A stretch of DNA of 64,000 bases from Spirochaetia bacterium (GTDB lineage: Bacteria; Spirochaetota; Spirochaetia; SP-2023), in the NCBI GenBank assembly GCA_965263295.1, contig OZ253665.1, positions 2,272,001 to 2,336,000 of the forward strand, written 5' to 3'. Below the pieces are notes generated by a model. It had not been told where the DNA came from and did no database searches. It saw only the letters and a program-made list of their open reading frames with translations. Position numbers and translations under genes: made by a program. Shown here piece by piece: positions 1 to 10,338 of this stretch. The stretch's first letter is position 1. The number at the start of each line of letters is the position of its first letter.

Positions 1-102
1 GCCTAGGTCCCCTTTGACCATTACGAAATCCTTGGCGCCAGTGCCGACTGCGGGGAAATTGCCCTTGAGCGGAACTTCAATACCTTGAAACTTGGTGGAC
101 AT
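1..102 (-). CDS. tpx: Thiol peroxidase (Tpx-type peroxiredoxin), N-terminal 34 aa; runs off the window
   Basis: Not in the ORF track. Minus strand has GGAGG RBS then ATG at 102: MSTKFQGIEVPLKGNFPAVGTGAKDFVMVKGDLG, resembling the Tpx N-terminus (F.G..V.L.G.FP.VG..A.DF..V..DL). Confidence 0.8.
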   Translation of the reverse strand, partial: MSTKFQGIEVPLKGNFPAVGTGAKDFVMVKGDLG

Positions 103-207
103 AAGACCTCCTGATGTATTAGATTTCCTGCAAAAATACTCTACTTGATTTTGATAGTCAAGAATTTTGGCGGACAATCAGTTTAATTCCTTGAATTCGA
201 TAGAAAA

Positions 208-1260
208 TTAGCTTGGAAACAATAACTCAATCATCGCTGCAGCCACTGGACGAGGCTGGCCCGTGGCAGGGTATTCGTGGAAGTACAGAACCGGATTAAA
301 ATTGGCCTCAATGATGGCGTGTTCGCCCCGTTTTGCGGCGGAGCTGATATCCACGCTTATGACATCAACGCCGCAAACTTTTGCGCCCAAAGTGGCGGCG
401 CACCGCTCGGCCAGCGTTTTATAGTCGGGATGGGCGGCCTCGGTCATGTCGATGCTGTCGCCACCCGTGCTGATATTGGAGTTATACCGCAGGAATATTT
501 GCCTTCCAGGCTGCGGTACACTTTCTGGGCTCAGGCCCTGATCACGCAGCACTTCGCGTTCAGTTTGGTTTAATTCTATGGTCTCCAGTGGGCTGATGTG
601 CCGGCCTTGCGGGCCCACGCGCCAAGGGTCGCGGTTTTTTTGCGCCACCAGTTCGGCAATATTGCGTTGGCCGTCGCCCGTCACATTTGCCGGGATGCGC
701 TGCAGCACGGCCTGCAATTTGCCGTCGATCACCAGAAAGCGGTATTCCTTGCCGGGAATAAACTCTTCTACCAGTACATTATTGTCGTGGGAGAAGGCCA
801 GCTCAAGTGCGCGGCGATATGCGGCCTCGCCACTGTTTTTTCTCAGGCGACTAATACCGAGGCCGTAGTTGGTTGAATTGGGTTTGACGATGCAATCTCG
901 CCCGTTCCAGGCGCTGTAATCAGCAAGGGCCTGCTCCAGGTTGGGGTAGTCGCGGCCCGCAGGGACCCGCAGACCCGCTTCGGCCAGGAGGAGCTTGGTC
1001 ACCTTTTTTAGACCCATGATTTCCGTACAAACATAAGAGTCGGCACGGCTTTTGGTGCCCTGCACGACAATTTCACTGCGCCCGCTCGCGGGCTCTTTTA
1101 TCCGCACGGTATTGCTACTGCGATCCAGCACTTCAATGTCAAGGCCACGCGCTTGTGCGGCCTTGATTAAAGCCTGAGTGGAGAGCTCTAGGTCGCGATA
1201 TTCTTTTAAGCCAAAAGGAAATCGCGAATCAAAAGGAGATTTCTGGGGATATTGATCCAT
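208..1260 (-). CDS. ATP-grasp glutathione synthetase, GshF/GshAB C-terminal-domain type, encoded as a separate gene
   Basis: LELSTQ, VKP.STNYGLGIS, EEFI.G.EYRF.V, R.PANV.GDG, NSNISTGGDSIDMT and IIEANFNP motifs match the GshF C-terminal domain. Likely start ATG 1260 with AGGA upstream (ORF track starts at 1305). Confidence 0.85.
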   Translation of the reverse strand: MDQYPQKSPFDSRFPFGLKEYRDLELSTQALIKAAQARGLDIEVLDRSSNTVRIKEPASGRSEIVVQGTKSRADSYVCTEIMGLKKVTKLLLAEAGLRVPAGRDYPNLEQALADYSAWNGRDCIVKPNSTNYGLGISRLRKNSGEAAYRRALELAFSHDNNVLVEEFIPGKEYRFLVIDGKLQAVLQRIPANVTGDGQRNIAELVAQKNRDPWRVGPQGRHISPLETIELNQTEREVLRDQGLSPESVPQPGRQIFLRYNSNISTGGDSIDMTEAAHPDYKTLAERCAATLGAKVCGVDVISVDISSAAKRGEHAIIEANFNPVLYFHEYPATGQPRPVAAAMIELLFPS

Positions 1261-1271
1261 GGTTCTGTCCT

Positions 1272-2753
1272 TTATTTCTGCAAAGATTGCAAGAATTTCG
1301 TCCAACTCCGACTGTGGCGGAGCAGCACTGCAGGTTCTGGCGTAAACTGTTCGTGATAAATATGACCGCGAAAGTGGCGGTGCCCAAGGTCTTTTTGAGC
1401 CTGGCGGACAACCTGCGAATAAACCTGAGGGAGCCCCAGTATGGATGCCAGCTCGCCCAGTTCGTCCAACAGCATGGCAGCTTGCTCATAGAGATCGTGT
1501 GCCGGCGGCAATCTGAGCCCCTGACTGATTATATACTGCTCGCGTCTGGCACAGCGCAACAGTTCTGCAAATAGCAGGGGCGGGGAGTTGAGCAAAGTAG
1601 AATGCAGCAGCAGCAAATGGGCAAAATAGACACTCGGAAGATAAATCCCACTGTAATATTCTCGGTTAAATAGTGGGTCAATGTCTAAAATACGCAGCTC
1701 CAGGTAATCCACCAGACAGGAATGTTTGTTCCAGCATTCATTGCCGTGGGCGTGCAGCTGCTTGAGACGGAATGGGGCATACAGCTCGCGTGAGTCCTGT
1801 ATCAATCTGTCGCTATTGAGTGGAGCATGCTGGCTTAGCCGCCGAAAAAAACGGCTTTCCGTCTTGGCCATTCGTTCGACACTTTGCCAGTAGGCACAAG
1901 GGTCAGAATAGTCCAGATATTGTCGTTGCTGCTCTGGCGAGCGGTACCCGTAACCAAAGTGTGAATGCAATGAAGTCGCCCCGCGCGGCGGCGCGGCAAG
2001 GCTGTCACCGCCTTTGGCAGAGTGCTGCCCTACTTCTTGGGCGTAAAATTCAGACACATTTGGCGTACAGCCAAACAGCAGCTGAATTAACCAGTAATTG
2101 CGCCACAGGTTGCGGCCCATGTGAACGTAAGTCTCGCAGGCACAAGTGTCGACATCTTCGAACAGGCGCAAGTCCAGCGAATAGTTGTAATGCACGCCGG
2201 TCCAGCTTTGTTTTGCCTTGCCGTAGCGCAATACCAGCTGTTCGCGGTATGTTTCTTTGTATGCGGCATCGGGGTCGTCGCCGAAGTCGGCGACGCGAAT
2301 GGCCGACATATCTTTAGGGGTAAATAACGGAGGTTGCGAAAATGCCCAGAGGATTTCACCCTGCCCTTGTCGTTGTAGTTCTTCGGATACAAAACGCAGC
2401 AGCAGGGCAATATCGGCCTCGGCGCTGGCAATGTCGCCGTGCGGTACACTGACCAGTTCAATCTGCTGGTCGCTAAAATCTAGAGTCAGTGCGTGGGGCA
2501 ACAGTTCACGCAAGCGGACTTTTTCGGCTTCGCTGCCGCGCCAACGCGCGATCTGTCCAGACTGTAAGGGCTGGGCAAAAATCTGTTCGTGGCTTGTCGC
2601 CGCCGGTACGCCGCTGAGCCCATCCAGTCGGAAGGTCTCGCGCTCAAAGCCGTGCAAGCCCCGGCGCCACAATTCAGCTTTATCTGCCAAGCTTTCGCGC
2701 CAAATGCCATGGATTTTATTCTTCAAGTTCGCCTCAGAAATATACGGGGCCAA
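1272..2753 (-). CDS. gshA: Glutamate-cysteine ligase (GshA / GshF N-terminal-domain type)
   Basis: G.ERE..R, TLDFSD.QIELVS, YR..L..RYGK.KQ..TGVHYNYS, ELYAP.R.K and DYLELR.LD.DP motifs. Confidence 0.85.
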   Translation of the reverse strand: MAPYISEANLKNKIHGIWRESLADKAELWRRGLHGFERETFRLDGLSGVPAATSHEQIFAQPLQSGQIARWRGSEAEKVRLRELLPHALTLDFSDQQIELVSVPHGDIASAEADIALLLRFVSEELQRQGQGEILWAFSQPPLFTPKDMSAIRVADFGDDPDAAYKETYREQLVLRYGKAKQSWTGVHYNYSLDLRLFEDVDTCACETYVHMGRNLWRNYWLIQLLFGCTPNVSEFYAQEVGQHSAKGGDSLAAPPRGATSLHSHFGYGYRSPEQQRQYLDYSDPCAYWQSVERMAKTESRFFRRLSQHAPLNSDRLIQDSRELYAPFRLKQLHAHGNECWNKHSCLVDYLELRILDIDPLFNREYYSGIYLPSVYFAHLLLLHSTLLNSPPLLFAELLRCARREQYIISQGLRLPPAHDLYEQAAMLLDELGELASILGLPQVYSQVVRQAQKDLGHRHFRGHIYHEQFTPEPAVLLRHSRSWTKFLQSLQK

Positions 2754-2914
2754 ATGTCTTGGGCGGAGGAATGGCCTGAGGGCCTCGCCGCGGGAGGATT
2801 TGCTTGGCGTTGGCCCCGGTATGACTGTGCTGCAGCACGCCGGCCAAGGGACGCAGAGGAACCCAAAGATACCAGAGGGGGCAAGGAATTTTTGTGGTCG
2901 GACTGCGCATGAGC

Positions 2915-2954
2915 TTAGTTCTTGGTTTTAGGTTTTAGTTCCTGGTTTTAGGTT
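2915..2954. repeat. 20-bp tandem duplication TTAGTTCYTGGTTTTAGGTT x2, just downstream of ugd
   Basis: Read directly; one mismatch between copies. Confidence 0.85.
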
Positions 2955-2962
2955 TTGGGATT

Positions 2963-4327
2963 TTACTGGCTTTGGCGCAGACCTACGGCGTAGTAGGTAA
3001 AACCTAATTGGGCGAGGCGCTGTGTTGAGAACTGGGTGCGGCCATCAAAGAGCAGGGGCTTTTTCAGCAGCTCCTTGAGTCGCTGCCAGTCCGGACTGAG
3101 GAACTCTCGCCACTCGGTCAATAGGACGAGGGCATCGGCTCCTTTCGTCGCCTCGTAGGCCGAGGCGGCGTAGTTTAAATTGGCGCGCTGCCCGGCACTT
3201 GTGCGGCCTCTGTGTTCCAGGTAGAAATCTGTCTGTGCGCACCCCTTGGGGCAGTAAGCCGAAATCGTGGCCCCGGCCTGCAAGAGCTGCTCGATGAGCA
3301 CCAAACTGGCGGCCTCGCGCACGTCGTCGGTATCGGGCTTGAAACTCAGGCCCCAGAGGGCAAAGTGCTTGCCGCCGAGCTGGCGCGTGGCAAAGTGCTG
3401 GGTAATTCTGCCGAAGGCCCAGTTTTTCTGCTTAATATTGCGCTCTTCCACGGCTTCCAGGATGCCGGCGTTTAGACCGTGCTGCTTAAAAGTATGGCGC
3501 AGGGCGCCGACGTCCTTGGGGAAGCAACTGCCACCGTAGCCCGCCCCTGGGTAGAGGAAATTATTGCCAATGCGGCTGTCGCTGCCGATGCCCTCGCGTA
3601 TATCGTTGATGTCGGCACCGACGGCCTCGCATAACTCGGCCATTTCGTTGATAAATGAAATGCGTGTCGCCAGCATGGCATTGGCCGCGTACTTGGTCAG
3701 TTCGGCGCTGCGCAGGCTCATGCGCAACACCCGTTCTTTCGGGTTGCGATAGACCATTGGGCGATACAGTTCTGTCATGATGTCCAAGGCGTCTGGGTCA
3801 TCGCAACCCAGCACCACGCGGTCGGGGCTGGAGAAGTCGCTGATGGCCCTACCTTCTTTAAGGAATTCCGGGTTGCTGACTACGCTGAAAGGTATATCGG
3901 CCCCCCGTTTTTCCAACTCCGCGGCGATTAGTTCCCGCACCTTGTCGCCCGTGCCGACGGGCACGGTCGACTTGTTCACAACGATTAAGGGTTTGTTCAT
4001 ATCCTGGCCGATTTGCCGGGCCACGGCGTGGACCGCACTTAGGTCCGCAGCCCCGCCCTCGCCCATCGGTGTGCCTACGGCGATAAATACGATGTCTAAT
4101 TTGTCGATTACTTCTGCCAGGGCGCCGTGGAAACTTAAAGTGCCCTGGCGGGCGTTGTCGCGCAACAAGCCTTCCAGGCCGGGCTCGTAAATGGGCACAC
4201 GGCCTTTTTTTAACGCGTCAATGCGTTCTGGGCTGTGGTCGACGCAGTAAACGCGGTTGCCGATATTGGCAAAGCAGGTGGCGGATACCAGGCCGACGTA
4301 GCCGCTTCCGATCATGGCAATTTCCAT
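2963..4327 (-). CDS. ugd: UDP-glucose 6-dehydrogenase
   Basis: GSGYVGL Rossmann motif, IAVGTP, KSTVPVGT, SNPEFLKEG, GYGGSCFPKD, FKPDTDD.RE. Confidence 0.93.
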   Translation of the reverse strand: MEIAMIGSGYVGLVSATCFANIGNRVYCVDHSPERIDALKKGRVPIYEPGLEGLLRDNARQGTLSFHGALAEVIDKLDIVFIAVGTPMGEGGAADLSAVHAVARQIGQDMNKPLIVVNKSTVPVGTGDKVRELIAAELEKRGADIPFSVVSNPEFLKEGRAISDFSSPDRVVLGCDDPDALDIMTELYRPMVYRNPKERVLRMSLRSAELTKYAANAMLATRISFINEMAELCEAVGADINDIREGIGSDSRIGNNFLYPGAGYGGSCFPKDVGALRHTFKQHGLNAGILEAVEERNIKQKNWAFGRITQHFATRQLGGKHFALWGLSFKPDTDDVREAASLVLIEQLLQAGATISAYCPKGCAQTDFYLEHRGRTSAGQRANLNYAASAYEATKGADALVLLTEWREFLSPDWQRLKELLKKPLLFDGRTQFSTQRLAQLGFTYYAVGLRQSQ

Positions 4328-4392
4328 AGGGGACCTCGGGGACCTCAGCGTTTAATTTTTGGTTAATTTTCAGTTTAGTCGAGCTAAGCTGT

Positions 4393-5487
4393 TTAGCAGT
4401 TGGCAATGATAGCGGAAATTACCTGCTCCGTGTCCGCCTCGCTCAGGTAGGCGTGCATCGGAATGGTAACGACGCTGCGGGAAATTTGTTCGGCGACGGG
4501 AAAGTCGCCCGCGCGGTAGCCGAGTTCGCTGACGGCCTGCTGGGTGTGCAGGCAGGGAAAATGCAGGCCGTAGGGGATGCGAGCTTTGTCCAGGGCGGGC
4601 AGTAGGGCTTCGCGTCGCTCGACCAAAATCGGAAAGTAGCCGTGGGCCGATTCATTTTCCGGCGAAACTTCGAGTAGCCCGACTTTGCCGCGCAATCTGC
4701 TGAAATAATGTGCGGCTATTTCCTGTTTCTTTTGCTGCTCAGCTTCCAGCAATTCCAATTTGGCCAGCAATACAGCGGCCTGAATGGTGTCGAGGCGGCT
4801 ATTGACGCCGATTTCCTTGTGCCGGTAGCGGCCGTCCTGGCCATGGTGGCAGATACGGCGGATTTTGTCGGCCAGTCCGGCATTATTTTTGCGCACAAAC
4901 ACCATGCCGCCGTCGCCGTAGCAGCCCAGGGGTTTGGCCGGGAAAAAGCTGGTCGTGGCCAGGTCGGTCAGGCTGCCGGAGCGCCGGCCGCAATGTCGAG
5001 CGCCAAAGCTTTCCGCGCCGTCTTCAAGCACGGGAATTTTATATTTTGCGGCGATGCGATTGATGGCCGTGTAGTTGGCGCACTGGCCATACAGGCTGAC
5101 AGGGAGTATCAATTGGGTCTTGGAGCTGATGGCCGCTTCCAGCTTTTGGGGGTCGAGGTTGCCGGTTGTTGCCTCGACATCGACAAAGACAAGCTTCAAG
5201 CCTAGGAGTGCGGGAACTTCTACTGTCGCCATAAAGCTGAGCGGCGTGGTGATGACTTCGGCGCCAGGTTCCAGGCCCAAGGCCATACAGGCGACTTGAA
5301 TGGCGTCGGTGCCGTTGGCGCAGCCGACGGCCCGAACGGTATCGTCGAGAAAATTTTCCAGCCGTCGTTCCAATTCGCGCACTTCTGGGCCGTCGATATA
5401 TTGGCCGTGTTGGAACACTTGTTGGATTTTTTGTTCTAATAAATCGCGGATCTGCTGCCGTTGGCTCTTCAAGTCGATAAATTCCAT
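4393..5487 (-). CDS. DegT/DnrJ/EryC1/StrS PLP aminotransferase, WbpE/WlbC-like
   Basis: MEFIDLK.Q N-terminus, ANGTDA, SFFPAKPLGCYGDGG (PLP lysine), GVNSRLDTIQAA. Start taken at ATG 5487. Confidence 0.88.
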   Translation of the reverse strand: MEFIDLKSQRQQIRDLLEQKIQQVFQHGQYIDGPEVRELERRLENFLDDTVRAVGCANGTDAIQVACMALGLEPGAEVITTPLSFMATVEVPALLGLKLVFVDVEATTGNLDPQKLEAAISSKTQLILPVSLYGQCANYTAINRIAAKYKIPVLEDGAESFGARHCGRRSGSLTDLATTSFFPAKPLGCYGDGGMVFVRKNNAGLADKIRRICHHGQDGRYRHKEIGVNSRLDTIQAAVLLAKLELLEAEQQKKQEIAAHYFSRLRGKVGLLEVSPENESAHGYFPILVERREALLPALDKARIPYGLHFPCLHTQQAVSELGYRAGDFPVAEQISRSVVTIPMHAYLSEADTEQVISAIIANC

Positions 5488-5845
5488 GGCCTGAATTGTC
5501 AAGGGGAAGCGGCTCTTTGTCTAGTACTCTATTTACGGGATTTGGGATGAATCTAATTCAAGGGTTTTTCAGGTATCTTTGATTCTGCTGAAATCTAAAG
5601 ATTCAAGCCATTTGTCCGTCGCCAACTTTGTGCCAGCTTGAAATATGGGGTAAAGTCGCGGCAGCTGGAGTGAAGCTCTGCGCGCCAGTGCCCGGCTATT
5701 TTGTGCGCCCGTTGTCACATCAGAATTTCTGGCGGCAAAGCCGTAAAATTGGGCATTGAGCTTTTGCAAGCAACGGGCTAAAATGCTTGCGAATTATTGG
5801 AATTATTGAAGCATAGCGACATTTATACTTCGTCCTCATGATTTT

Positions 5846-6826
5846 ATGCCCGACGCTCTATTGGCTCCCATAGTCTTATTTTGTTACAAGCGCCAGCGCC
5901 ACCTGGAAGCGACCCTGGAGTCGCTGGCCGGTGGCGCCCTGGCCGCTCAGAGCACCCTCTACATTTATGCGGATGGCCCGCGCAAGGATATCCGCGACCG
6001 CCAGCGGGAGCTGGCAGAGGTAGAGGCCGTACGCGACTTTATACGCCAACCGCGTTGGCGAGAGAGCTTTGGGCATTTGGAGCTGTTTGAGGCGGAAACC
6101 AATCGCGGCCTGGCCCCGATGGTCATCCACGGCGTGAGCGAGGTCATCCGGCGTCATGGCCGCATTATCGTTGTCGAGGACGACGTCGTGGTGGGCCCAT
6201 ATTTCCTGGAATTTATGAATGAAGCGCTGGAACTTTATCGGGATGAAGCTGGGGTCGGCTCCGTGCGCGCCCATGCATTTGACTTGCCCGACGTGCCTGA
6301 GCTATATTTTGCCCAGATGAACGGAGACTTCGCTTGGGGGACTTGGCGGCGGGTTTGGCAAAATGTCAGTTTTGACGGCGCCCTGCTTCTGGCCGAATTA
6401 AAGCGGAGCCGACGGATCGCAGCTTTTGACTATGACCGCTGCTACCCATATACACAGATGTTGCGCGACCAGATCGCCGGGCGCAATAGTTCCTGGGGGG
6501 TGCGCTTTTATGCTTCAATGTTTTTAAATGGCCAGTTGACCTTGTATCCGGGCAAATCACTGGCGTCCCACATGGGCTATGACACGGGAACGCATTTCAG
6601 CGGGGGAGTCTGGAGCCCTTTGGATGCGACGCTGTTTAAAGGGCGAGTAACCGTGCGCCGGCTCCCCGTAATGGAGTCCGCGAGCGCACGCGAGCAGATG
6701 AAGCAGCTTTGGCGGCAACAAGGCTTTGCCTCATTCCGTCTGCCCAAGCGGGTCCTCAAAAGTATTTTGCCGCATCGCTGGTTGTGCCTGTTGCAACGCC
6801 ACTACAAGCGTAGAATTGTAAAGTAA
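5846..6826 (+). CDS. GT-A fold glycosyltransferase (GT2-like)
   Basis: APIVLFCYKR..HL, IYADGP, N.GLA..., IIVVEDD, WGTW.R.W motifs. Confidence 0.85.
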   Translation: MPDALLAPIVLFCYKRQRHLEATLESLAGGALAAQSTLYIYADGPRKDIRDRQRELAEVEAVRDFIRQPRWRESFGHLELFEAETNRGLAPMVIHGVSEVIRRHGRIIVVEDDVVVGPYFLEFMNEALELYRDEAGVGSVRAHAFDLPDVPELYFAQMNGDFAWGTWRRVWQNVSFDGALLLAELKRSRRIAAFDYDRCYPYTQMLRDQIAGRNSSWGVRFYASMFLNGQLTLYPGKSLASHMGYDTGTHFSGGVWSPLDATLFKGRVTVRRLPVMESASAREQMKQLWRQQGFASFRLPKRVLKSILPHRWLCLLQRHYKRRIVK

Positions 6827-6919
6827 TTTATTTTTAAGTAGAATATTAGGATTTTCTTCTCGCCGGCGCCGGATACCTTGTGACGCCTGAGAGAAGCCCT
6901 CTGTTCAGGAAAAAACATA

Positions 6920-8446
6920 GTGCCCAAGATTTCCTTTTTGATTCCGGCCTACAATTATGAACAGTATCTCGCCCGCTGTGTCGACAGTGTTTTAGCCCAG
7001 ACCGATCCCGACTGGGACTTGCTGCTAGTCGATGACTGCAGCACGGACGGTACTTGGGCTCTTTGCGCGCGCTATGCGGCAGCAAATCCGCGGATTCGGG
7101 CGGTGAGCTTGCAACAGAACCTGGGCCAGTATCAGATCATTAACCAATACAGCGGAAACTTGCGCGGTGAATACGCTTGTGTTTTGGATGCGGACGACTA
7201 CCTGGCGCCAGCCTATGTGGCGCAGATGTATGCCCGTGCCAAAGGGGGCGATTTTGACGTATTGATGTGCCTGCATCGCAATATTGCCGCTAACCGGAGC
7301 TTGTTTGTCTACAATTATGGGCCAATGATCCACTCGCGGGGGCAACGGGATCAACTGCTGCGCGACCTGCTCTACCTGGAGTATTTTATCATTGATTGTG
7401 GTACTTTGGTGCGGACTCGCTTGCGGCGGCAAATTTATGAGCACTTGCCCAAAATCTCTTTGTATGCCGCCACGGATGACATGCAGGCCCTGTTCCTGGC
7501 CCGGCACGCCCGCAATCTCGGTGTGCTGAAAAAACCTCTGTACTACCACAATCAGGAAAGTGCGGGAACCTGGCGCAACAAGAGCGAGAATTTCCGCCTG
7601 CGGAAAATTTCGTCGGCCCTGAGCAGCTTGCAGATGGTCTATCATCTGGCAAACAACGATGCGGAGCTGAGGGACTTGCCCCTGGATGGCCTGCCCATGG
7701 TGCAGAATATCCGTGCTAAAATTCTGGAAACCTTGGGGGGGCTAAGCCTCAGCGAGCGCGGGAACTTCTATCGCAAACTTATGGCTTTTTTGGCAAAGCA
7801 GGATTTACCTTTTCGCTTCAGTGGGCTGAGTTTCCTGGGCCTAGAGTTGCATTTGCATTCGCACTTGCACTTGCAATCGCGAATACCGGCAGCTCACAGC
7901 GAAAATGCGCCAGCAGTTGAGCGGGGCTGGACGCCTGCGGAATTGGCCAGGGCCAGGATCAAGCAATACCTGCGCACACTAAAGTATTTTTTGCCCAAAG
8001 CTTGCTTGCGTCACTGGCAGGATAAAAAAGTCGTCCAGGGTCTGTTGCCTCAAGACTTGTTTTCCGGCTCGTTCCCTCAAATGAATCTTCAAGCGGCTCT
8101 TCAAGTGGCCGGTCCGGGAGAAGAAAGTGCTGGGGCCGCAAAATCCCCTGAGACCGAATTCCCTGAGACCGATGCGGCCGGGTCCGCGCGCGATGATGCA
8201 CAGGTCGCGCAAATTGCAGAACACTGTGCCCGCCTGTTTGAGCTTTGGCTGCAGGCCGCACTGCCGCCGGAGCAGTTGGCGCAGAGCCTGGTCACCGAGT
8301 TGCTGCCGGCGGGAGAGGCCCTGTTGCTGCAGGCCGCAGAAGGGGCGGAAGACTATGGTTTCGCCCCTTCCGATCGATATTTGCTCATCGCGCTCGCCCG
8401 CGGGGCGGGGAGTTCAGGCGCCAGATATTCGCCGAAGTCTTCGTAA
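6920..8446 (+). CDS. Glycosyltransferase family 2 with long C-terminal extension
   Basis: IS.LIPAYN.E.YL.RCVDSVL.QT, VDDCSTDGT and LDADD motifs. Confidence 0.88.
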   Translation: MPKISFLIPAYNYEQYLARCVDSVLAQTDPDWDLLLVDDCSTDGTWALCARYAAANPRIRAVSLQQNLGQYQIINQYSGNLRGEYACVLDADDYLAPAYVAQMYARAKGGDFDVLMCLHRNIAANRSLFVYNYGPMIHSRGQRDQLLRDLLYLEYFIIDCGTLVRTRLRRQIYEHLPKISLYAATDDMQALFLARHARNLGVLKKPLYYHNQESAGTWRNKSENFRLRKISSALSSLQMVYHLANNDAELRDLPLDGLPMVQNIRAKILETLGGLSLSERGNFYRKLMAFLAKQDLPFRFSGLSFLGLELHLHSHLHLQSRIPAAHSENAPAVERGWTPAELARARIKQYLRTLKYFLPKACLRHWQDKKVVQGLLPQDLFSGSFPQMNLQAALQVAGPGEESAGAAKSPETEFPETDAAGSARDDAQVAQIAEHCARLFELWLQAALPPEQLAQSLVTELLPAGEALLLQAAEGAEDYGFAPSDRYLLIALARGAGSSGARYSPKSS

Positions 8447-8492
8447 CTGAATGTATTGCTGGCGCTAATGACTCGCTCGTTCGCCCCGATAG

Positions 8493-8520
8493 CTGACAAA
8501 ATTTTTGCAATCTGTACAAT
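8493..8520 (+). promoter_or_regulatory. Putative sigma70 promoter of ffh
   Basis: CTGACA-16nt-TACAAT upstream of a TAAGGAG RBS. Confidence 0.45.
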
Positions 8521-8549
8521 GTCTTGCCAGACATAAGGAGTGACGCCAC

Positions 8550-9887
8550 ATGCTGGAAGCCATCGCCCAGAGCTTTGAGGGGATTACCAAGCGACTTTCG
8601 GGCAACCACAAGATTACGGATAAAAACATCAAGCAAAGCCTGGAAGATATCCAGATTGCCATGCTGGAGGCCGACGTCAACCTGCGGGTTGTGCGGCGTT
8701 TCATCAACCGGGCGCGCGAAGAGGTTCAGGGCGAGGCTGTCATGCGCTCGGTGAACCCCGGACAGCAATTTGTCAAAATTATCTATGACCGCATGGTCGA
8801 ATTGTTGGGCTCCGAAGAAGAGGGCTTGAATCTCAAGGGGCCAGATACTATTTCTAGCCTCCTGATGCTGGGCCTACAGGGGGCGGGCAAGACGACGACT
8901 AGCGCTAAGCTGGCCTACAAGCTCCAGGCCGAAGGCCGCAAAGTCTTGCTTGTTGCCTGTGACCTGCAGCGTCCGGCGGCCATTGAGCAGCTGCGGGTAC
9001 TCGCGAGCCAGATCAGAGCCGGCTTCTTTGGCGACGAGAGTGAAAAATCTCCGGCCAAAGTGGCGGAGAAGGCGATAAAACTGGCCAAGCGCGAGGGTTA
9101 CAACACTGTCATCTTCGATACGGCGGGCCGCCTGCACATTGACGATGAGCTGATGACTGAGCTGGAAACCGTGAAAAAGCTTGTCAAACCACAGGAAAGT
9201 ATTTTTGTGGCCGACTCGATGACCGGTCAAGGGGCCGTCGACTTTGCCAAGCAATTCGACGAACGCATCGGCATCAGCGGTGTGATTTTGACAAAGTTTG
9301 ACTCGGAAACGCGCGGCGGTGCAGCTCTTTCAATTCAAAGTATCGTCAAGAAACCCATTAAATACGTCGGTGTTGGCGAGAAGATTGAGGCCCTCGACGT
9401 TTTTTATCCCCAGCGAATTGCCTCGCGCATCTTGGGCATGGGCGATGTCATCTCCTTGGTGGAAAAAGCCCAGGAGTTAAGCTCCAAAGAAGACGCCGAG
9501 CGCTTGGAAAAAAAAATCCGCAACAAGGAATTCACCTTGCAGGATATGCTTGAACAAATTCAGCAAATGAAAAAAATGGGTAGCGTCGAGCAGATCTTGG
9601 AATTCATGCCCGGTATGGCGGGCAAGGCGGACATGATCAAAGACCGTCTCAGCGATCGCGACATCAAGCACAAAGAGGCCATAATCTTGTCGATGACAAG
9701 GCAAGAGAAAAGCAACCACAAGATTATTGGTCCTTCGCGGCGGCGGCGTATCGCCAAGGGGGCCGGGGTCAACGTGGCCATGGTCAATCGACTGCTAAAA
9801 GAGTTTGAGACCAACCGTAATATGATGCGTAAAATGTTAAAAAACAAGGGAATGCATGCTAGCATGATGAAGCAGATGGGCTTTTGA
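8550..9887 (+). CDS. ffh: Signal recognition particle protein Ffh
   Basis: LEADV, GLQGAGKTTT, DTAGRLHID, TKFD, RIASRILGMGD motifs and a Met-rich M domain. Confidence 0.97.
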   Translation: MLEAIAQSFEGITKRLSGNHKITDKNIKQSLEDIQIAMLEADVNLRVVRRFINRAREEVQGEAVMRSVNPGQQFVKIIYDRMVELLGSEEEGLNLKGPDTISSLLMLGLQGAGKTTTSAKLAYKLQAEGRKVLLVACDLQRPAAIEQLRVLASQIRAGFFGDESEKSPAKVAEKAIKLAKREGYNTVIFDTAGRLHIDDELMTELETVKKLVKPQESIFVADSMTGQGAVDFAKQFDERIGISGVILTKFDSETRGGAALSIQSIVKKPIKYVGVGEKIEALDVFYPQRIASRILGMGDVISLVEKAQELSSKEDAERLEKKIRNKEFTLQDMLEQIQQMKKMGSVEQILEFMPGMAGKADMIKDRLSDRDIKHKEAIILSMTRQEKSNHKIIGPSRRRRIAKGAGVNVAMVNRLLKEFETNRNMMRKMLKNKGMHASMMKQMGF

Positions 9888-9996
9888 TCAGAAGTGTGGT
9901 TTTGTTCTTGATCGCAGTCGGAGGAAGTTCTAGATGAGTTGGGTATACCAGCCGTCGTCCAGCCTGACATTTAAAAGTTTCTGCTAATCCAGCGCC

Positions 9997-10025
9997 TTGC
10001 CATGTCTCAGACCTTTGCATATAAT
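9997..10025 (+). promoter_or_regulatory. Sigma70 promoter of the rpmH operon
   Basis: TTGCCA-17nt-TATAAT. Confidence 0.7.
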
Positions 10026-10182
10026 GGGGCGCTATCGTGTAATTGTGTGAGTTGATAGTGCCTGGCTTTTTAAGTAATTAGCTGTGCTGTTGAGATTGAG
10101 TATACAAACTAAGCTGAAATAGCGGCTCTTGTCGCCGTGTTTAGAGAATCCCCCTGTCATTCAATTGATTAAGGAGAATGTC

Positions 10183-10338
10183 GTGAAACCAACCTATAAC
10201 CCCAGCCGCGTGAAACGCAACCGTAAATTTGGTTTTCGTGCCCGTATGGCCAGTGCTGGTGGGCAGGATGTCTTGCGCCGCCGCCGCAAGAAAGGCCGCC
10301 ACAAGCTGACCGTCTCTGATGAGAAGAAGCCTTACTAG
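10183..10338 (+). CDS. rpmH: 50S ribosomal protein L34
   Basis: AAGGAG then [25 protein letters not shown]...[10 protein letters not shown] (51 aa). Confidence 0.96.
   Translation: MKPTYNPSRVKRNRKFGFRARMASAGGQDVLRRRRKKGRHKLTVSDEKKPY

Noticed and set aside
9888..10170. SRP RNA next to ffh
   Set aside because: The conserved CAGG...GGAA...AGCAG domain IV motif was not found; the region is explained by the rpmH promoter and leader.
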